From assembly GCA_964016885.1 (NCBI GenBank), contig OZ024751.1, forward strand, positions 46,624,001 to 46,688,000: 64,000 bases of DNA. The letters are read 5' to 3'. Positions 56,851 to 64,000 of the stretch are shown piece by piece (position 1 is the first letter of the stretch; every line of letters begins with the position of its first letter). The stretch is from Eledone cirrhosa. Its lineage: Eukaryota. Made by a program: the position numbers and the translations under genes. Under the pieces are notes generated by a model. The model was not told the origin of the DNA and did not search any database. It saw nothing but the letters and a program-made list of their open reading frames with translations.

Positions 56851-57590
56851 CCTACACTTAACACTTTCGTACACTTAACACTTTCCTACACTTAACACTG
56901 TCCTACACTTAACACTCCCCACACTTAACACTTTTCTACACTTAACACTTTCCCCACACTTAACACTTTCCCCACACTTAAAATTTACCTACACTTAACA
57001 CTCACCTTCGTTTAACACTTTCATTATACTTAACACTTTCCTACACTTAACACTGTCCTACACTTAACACTGTCCTACACTTAACACTTACCTACACTTA
57101 ACACTCGCCTTCACTTAACACTTTCACTATACTTAACACTTTCCTACACTTATCACTTTCACTTTCACCATACTTAACACTTTCCTTCACTTAACACTTT
57201 TACCATACTTAACACTCTCCTACACTTAACACTTACCTACACTTAACACTTACCTTCACTTAACAGTTTTCTACACTTAACACTATCCTACACTTAACAC
57301 TTACCTACACTTAACAGTTTCCTACACTTAACACTTACCTACACTTAACAGTTTCCTACACTTAACACTATCCTACACTTAACACTTACCTACACTTAAC
57401 AGTTTCCTACACTTAACACTATCCTACACTTAACACTTACCTACACTTAACAGTTTCCTACACTTAACACTTACCTACACTTAACAGTTTCCTACACTTA
57501 ACATTATCCTACACTTAACACTTACCTACACTTAACAGTTTCCTACACTTAACACTTACCTACACTTAACAGTTTCCTACACTTAGCACA
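56851..57590. repeat. ~18-bp minisatellite (cctacacttaacactt...)
   Basis: Directly visible. Confidence 0.93.
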
Positions 57591-58028
57591 TTTAACATAC
57601 TTAAGTTAATGGGAGGATTTTTTTCTCCTCGTCAATTATGTCATATTTTTCCCTACTGAAATGAGAACACAAAGATATAAGTAAGTTAATAAATATTGAA
57701 ACCTTGACCTTTTAAAGGTGTACAAACGTCCAACAAATTACAAAATGTCCTCTATAGTTATATACAGTTAAAACTTTAGAATGTTCTGGAACGTTTGTAT
57801 TTTCATTCCCCTTCATTTTCTTCATCAAAATCCTCCCAACATTTTCATCAACTCGTTCGAAATAATATTTTGTAAAAATTTCAGTATTGTTTTTGTTTGA
57901 TCAATTATCTATTTTAAAAAAAATTGTTGATTTATATATTTTATATTTTTTATTTTTCATTCTCTTCTTCATCTTCATCTTCATCTTCATCTTCTATGAA
58001 TCTCTCCGAAATTCCTTCCCCATGGCAG

Positions 58029-58084
58029 AATTCTTTAACAGACCTTCTCAACAAAATGAGCTCTTCAGACCCACATTTTATCAG
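58029..58084 (+). CDS. Myosin motor exon: NSLTDLLNKMSSSDPHFIR
   Basis: ggcag acceptor, ag|gtaagt donor, phase 0-2. Matches 'SLxDLLxKMxxxxPHFVR(CIKPN)'. The CIKPN exon was not found in the window. Confidence 0.93.
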
Positions 58085-58199
58085 GTAAGTAAATTAAAAT
58101 ATATTCTCATGGTTATCATTATTGAAGTTGTTTTTGTTGTTATTGCTGTTGATGCCCCCCCCCCCCTATTTTTGTTGCTGTTGCAGTTGTAGTAAAAAT

Positions 58200-58413
58200 G
58201 GTTTCTACAACAGGCACAAGGCCAGCAATTTTGGGGGAGGGGGAAAATCGATTAAATCGACTGCAGCGCATTACTAGTACTTTATTTTGTCGACCCCATA
58301 AAGATGAAAGGCAAAGCTAACCTTGGTGGGATTTGAACTCAGAACGTAAAGGGACGTAACTACGCCGCATAGCATGGTGTCCGGCGCTCTACCGATTCTG
58401 CCAATCCACCGCC
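58200..58413 (-). mobile_element. tRNA-derived SINE
   Basis: Reverse complement of the family consensus. Confidence 0.85.
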
Positions 58414-59138
58414 ATAAGAGCACATGACATTTCTCCTTGTCCATTACCCTTCTTGTCCTAATCTTGTACCTACCCTGATCACCTTCTTGTCTTCTTCGTA
58501 AAACCCTTGTAAAATGTAGTAAAAAACACCGAGAAAACATTGTGGGAATTATCGCCAATCCCTCGCAGAATCCTCGTAAAATAATCAAATTAAACCCAGT
58601 GAAAAGAAAGCTGAAAACACTTTGTATGACCATGCTAAAGGCCTCTTAAAAATCTATCATAAAAAAACTGAAAAACCTGTGAGAGTCATTGCAAAATCTT
58701 AGCTAAAACTTCGCAAGGAAATTGTCATGCACCTAATGAAATACTTTAAAATTGTATTTGACAATTTAAATGCAAAGGAAAGTAAAAAAAAAAAAAATAA
58801 TGATGAAAATAAAATAAAAATCAATTAAATTTCACACTTTTCACGAAAGTTCTCAGAATAAATATATTTTTTGTCGGAAATATTTCACAAAATGATGTTT
58901 TAAGTTCTCTTGACAACGTGTGAATGTTACGCATTTGTTTCGCCTAAAGGTAACTTGTATTTCAAGTTAAACAAATACAAACGTAGCAAGAAAAAACAAA
59001 ATAAATAAAATATAAACAAGCTTCATTAGCTGGCATCGTTCGCTAATGAATCAATTTTTAATTTGATTATTTTTTTTATTTAAATACAATTGGGTGGATC
59101 GAGGTTAAATATTTTGTGAGATTTTATATTGAAGATTA

Positions 59139-59336
59139 CGAGTGTTAGCTGAAAAATTAAGAGTCTGACCAAGATACGCTCATGGAATGTCCAAATGGGA
59201 TTTATTTTTCAACATAGTCCCTGGAAGGAAACAATGTAGTTATTAATAAAAAGAGTTGAAATTAATGCATGCAAGATTTCACGGCCCTAACATCACTCCT
59301 TCATAGTCAGCCTATGAACCTTTCAGCCCAACCTCA
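59139..59336. mobile_element. Mariner-type MITE with TA flanks
   Basis: ta|cgagtgttagctgaaaaattaagagtctgac ... gtcagcctatgaacctttcagcccaacctca|ta. Confidence 0.6.
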
Positions 59337-59361
59337 TATATGTATTTTCTCCTTTTCAGCT

Positions 59362-59792
59362 CAAACTCTGCATAGTGGTTGATGAAAGGAAGGACAACCA
59401 ACCGCAGAAAAACCTGTCAAACAAATGGTAAAGTAAACTCTTCTGTTGTGTCAAAAACCTCCTGAGTGCCGATGCTATGAAAAATTTCTCGGTGCACTCT
59501 GTAAAGTGCGAGACATGAGGCTCCATTTGAGTACTGACTTGGTTCGTGACGACCCGTCATGATCTAACGTCCACTTTCTCTGCTAGCATGGGTTGGACGG
59601 GTCGTCACGAACCAAGTCAGTACTCAAATGGAGCCACATGTCTCGCACTCTACAGAGTTCACCGAGAAATTTTTCATAGCATCGGCACTCAGGAGGTTTT
59701 TGACACAACAGAAGAGTTTACTTTACCATTTGTTTGACAGGTTTTTCTGCGGTTGGTTGTCCTTCCTTTCATCAACCACTTTACAGAGTTTG
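59362..59792. repeat. Inverted repeat, ~197-bp arms with a few mismatches, 37-bp spacer
   Basis: 59362-59558 versus 59596-59792. No hammerhead core seen. Confidence 0.9.
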
Positions 59793-60073
59793 TTGGGTGT
59801 GTTTTATAGTTTGGAACAATAGCATTCCTAAATCCACGTGTATATAAACGTTTCTACACTTTCACCGCCCATCTTCAGAATCAGCCTGGCCATAGTAGTG
59901 GTGTATTAGACACATGCTTACGACCATAGCAATGTTAGGAAATCATGGACGTCTGATTTAAAATTTCCCCGTTATTGAATCATGGTAGTTATTATAATTG
60001 GTTTCATGAGGGCGGTGAAGTGGCAGTATGGGTAGAGGTTCAGACGCCATACTTTGCAGCATAGAGTTACGGC

Positions 60074-60154
<81 letters not shown>

Positions 60155-60284
60155 AGTGTTACGTAATTCCAAAAGAAAAGCAAAGGAAAAAAGAGTGCTC
60201 TATGTATAGAACAGAGCTATTTAATTAGAAAGTGAGCAATTTATATATATATATATATACATACATATATATACATCTATCTAT

Positions 60285-60339
<55 letters not shown>

Positions 60340-60501
60340 TATAGAACAAGTAAGACCCTGACGGCTGAGCTCAAGCCGTTTCGACGGCTTGAGCTCAGCC
60401 GTCGGGGTCTTACTTGTTCCTATTACCCACTCTACTACCCTAAGTATTGAGTACTTTGGTGCGTTATGGTCCACCTGGTTCCTTACCACATTTCCTTCGT
60501 T

Positions 60502-60600
<99 letters not shown>

Positions 60601-61426
60601 CATACATATATCTATATATACATATGTATACATAAGTTAATCCGGGTTCAATCGGAGATAACCACAGTAAGTAAGGTACTCAATACATAGCTGAGTATAA
60701 TTGTTTTAATATAGAAGAGCTTCTACAGGACTAGAACTGTTTCATTCGTGAGAAATCATCAAGGCTTCCTGATGATTTTTCATGAATGAAACAGTTCTAG
60801 TCCTGTAGAAGCTCTTCTATATTAAAATATAATATATATATATATAAGAGGTGGATTCCGAAAGTATACCAGGAGGTGACTACTGTTAGAAAAGGAACTC
60901 TATCTATTAGTAAAGTATAGGTACTTTTAGTTAATTATGTTTTTATAGAAATGTCTTCTACAGGACTAGAACTGTCATTGGTAAGAATTTATCAGGAAAG
61001 TCCTGCTAAATATAGATTGTGTGCGTGTGTATGTGTTTGTGTGTGTGTCTTTGTTTGTGTTTGTGTATGTGTGTGTTTGTGTATGTGTGTTTTTGTGTGT
61101 TTGTGTGTGTGTTTGTGTATGTGTGTGTCTTTGTGTGTTTGTGTTTGTGTTTGTCTATGTGTGTGTGTGTTTGTGTATGTGTGTGTCTTTGTTTGTGTGT
61201 GTGTTTGTGTATGTGTGTGTTTGTGTATGTGTGTGTTTTTGTGTGTATTTGTGTATGTTGTGTGTGTGTGTGTGTTTGTGTATGTGTGTGTATTTGTGTG
61301 TGTGTTTGCGTGTGTGTTTGCACGCGCGCGTGTGTGTGTGTGTGTGTGTCTCTTTGTGTGTTCAATGTGTCATCAGTGTCACATCAGAGACGGATCCAGA
61401 AGTATACTAATACACAAAAGATTACA

Positions 61427-61518
<92 letters not shown>

Positions 61519-61619
61519 GTATTAATAGCTAGCTACACCTCAGCTCGTGTTGCTAGATACGGGGAGATACCACCCGTTACCCAAGCTATATAAGGATTTA
61601 CCAAAATCTTACACAAACA

Positions 61620-64000
61620 TACACCCACTTGTACACTGAAAACACACACACATACATACACACACTTGTACACTGAAAACACACACACATACATACACAC
61701 ACTTGTACACTGAAAACACACATACATACATACACACACACGCTTGTACACTGAAAACACACACACATACATACACACTTGTACGCTGAAAACACACACA
61801 CACATACATACACACACTTGTACACTGAAAACACACATACATACATACACACGCACGCTTGTACACTGAAAACACACACACATACATACACACACTTGTA
61901 CGCTGAAAACACACACACATACATACACACACTTGTACACTGAAAACACACATACATACACACACACGCTTGTACACTGAAAACACACACACATACATAC
62001 ACACACTTGTACGCTGAAAACACACACACACATACATACACACACTTGTACACTGAAAACACACACACACACATACACACACTTGTACACTGAAAACACA
62101 CAAACATACATACACACACACGCTTGTACACTGAAAACACACACACATACATACACACACTTGTACGCTGAAAACACACACACATACATACACACACTTG
62201 TACACTGAAAATACACATACATACATACACACACACGCTTGTACACTGAAAACACACACACATACATACACACACTTGTACACTGAAAACACACAAACAT
62301 ACATACACACACTTGTACACTGAAAACACACATACATACATACACACACACGCTTGTACACTGAAAACACACACACATACATACACACACTTGTACACTG
62401 AAAACACACACACATACATACACACACTTGTACACTGAAAACACACACACATACATACACACACTTGTACACTGAAAACACAGACATACATACATACACA
62501 CACTTGTACACTGAAAACACATACACACACATACATACACACACTTGTACACTGAAAACACATACACACACATACATACACACACTTGTACACTGAAAAC
62601 ACAGACAAACATACATACACACATTGTATACTGAAAACACACACACATACATACATACACACACTTGTATACTGAAAACACATAAACATACATACATACA
62701 CACACACGCTTGTACACTGAAAACACATACACATACATACACACACTTGTACACTGAAAACACACACATACATACACACACTTGTACACTGAAAACACAC
62801 ACACATACATACATACACACACTTGTACACTGAAAACACATACATACATACACACACTTGTACACTGAAAACACATACATACATACACACACTTGTACAC
62901 TGAAAACACATACACATACATACATACACTTGTACACTGAAAACACATACATACATACACACACTTGTACACTGAACACACATACATACATACACACACT
63001 TGTGCACTGAAAACACACACACATACATACACACACTTGTACACTGAAAACACATACATACATACACACACTTGTACACTGAAAACACATACATACATAC
63101 ACACACTTGTACACTGAAAAGACACACACATACATACACACACACTTGTACACTGAAAACACACATACACATATATACATACACACACTTGTACACTGAA
63201 AACACACACACATACATACACACACTTTTACATTGAAAACACACATACACATACATACATACACACACTTGTACACTGAAAACACACACACATACATACA
63301 CACACACTTGTACACTGAAAACACACATACACATATATACATACACACACTTGTACACTGAAAACACACACACATACATACATACACGTGTACACTGAAA
63401 ACATACACATACATACACACGCTTGTACACTGAAAACACACACACATACATACATACACACACTTGTACACTGAAAACACATACACATACACATACATAC
63501 ATACACACAATTGTACACTGAAAACACACACACATACATACACACACTTGTACACTGAAAACACACACACATACATACACACACACACTTTTACACTGAA
63601 AACACACACACATACATACATACACACACTTTTACACTGAAAACACACACACATACATACACACACACACATGTACACTGAAAACACATACACATACACA
63701 CACACACTTTTACACTGAAAACACACACACATACATACATACACTTGTACACTGAAAACACATACACATACATACATACACACACTTGTACACTGAAAAC
63801 ACATACACATACATACACACACTTTTACACTGAAAACTCATACACATATACACACACACACATGTATACTGAAAACACATACACATATATACACACACAC
63901 ACTTGTACACTGAAAACACATACACACACATACATACACACACTTGTACACTGAAAACACATACACATACATACATACACACACATGTACACTGAAAACT
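61620..64000. repeat. Compound minisatellite: cttgtacactgaaaa core plus variable CA/CATA tract; runs off the window
   Basis: Directly visible. Confidence 0.95.

Noticed and set aside
56851-57590. Telomere-like repeat
   Set aside because: The unit is about 18 bp and is not TTAGGG; an ordinary minisatellite.
59360-59376. Strong-looking acceptor ccttttcag as the CIKPN exon
   Set aside because: In-frame stop in the required phase, no motif, and it lies at the edge of an inverted repeat.

Overview
Repeat-saturated animal genomic DNA. The SINE and microsatellite repertoire points to an octopus or other coleoid cephalopod (inference). The window is almost all intron of one + strand unconventional myosin gene: nine phase-consistent GT-AG exons (1244-58084) encode the central motor domain and most resemble class III myosins. 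The gene starts before and ends after the window. Nearly all long ORFs in the supplied track are microsatellite artefacts. The introns hold four notable things. (1) At least 8 sequence-distinct families of minimal type I hammerhead ribozyme (HHR) motifs, mostly in (TA)n tracts and often inside long fold-back palindromes, including a 467-bp tandem/inverted HHR unit resembling a Penelope pLTR or retrozyme. (2) An R4/Dong-like RLE non-LTR retrotransposon whose five copies all sit in (TATG)n arrays. (3) A ~600-bp non-autonomous RTE-derived element with (TATG)n tails, one copy 5'-inverted. (4) Many tRNA-derived SINEs, small hAT and mariner MITEs, minisatellites, and a ~3.3-kb duplication across a 200-N gap that is probably an assembly artefact. 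All calls were made by eye; no database searches were run.
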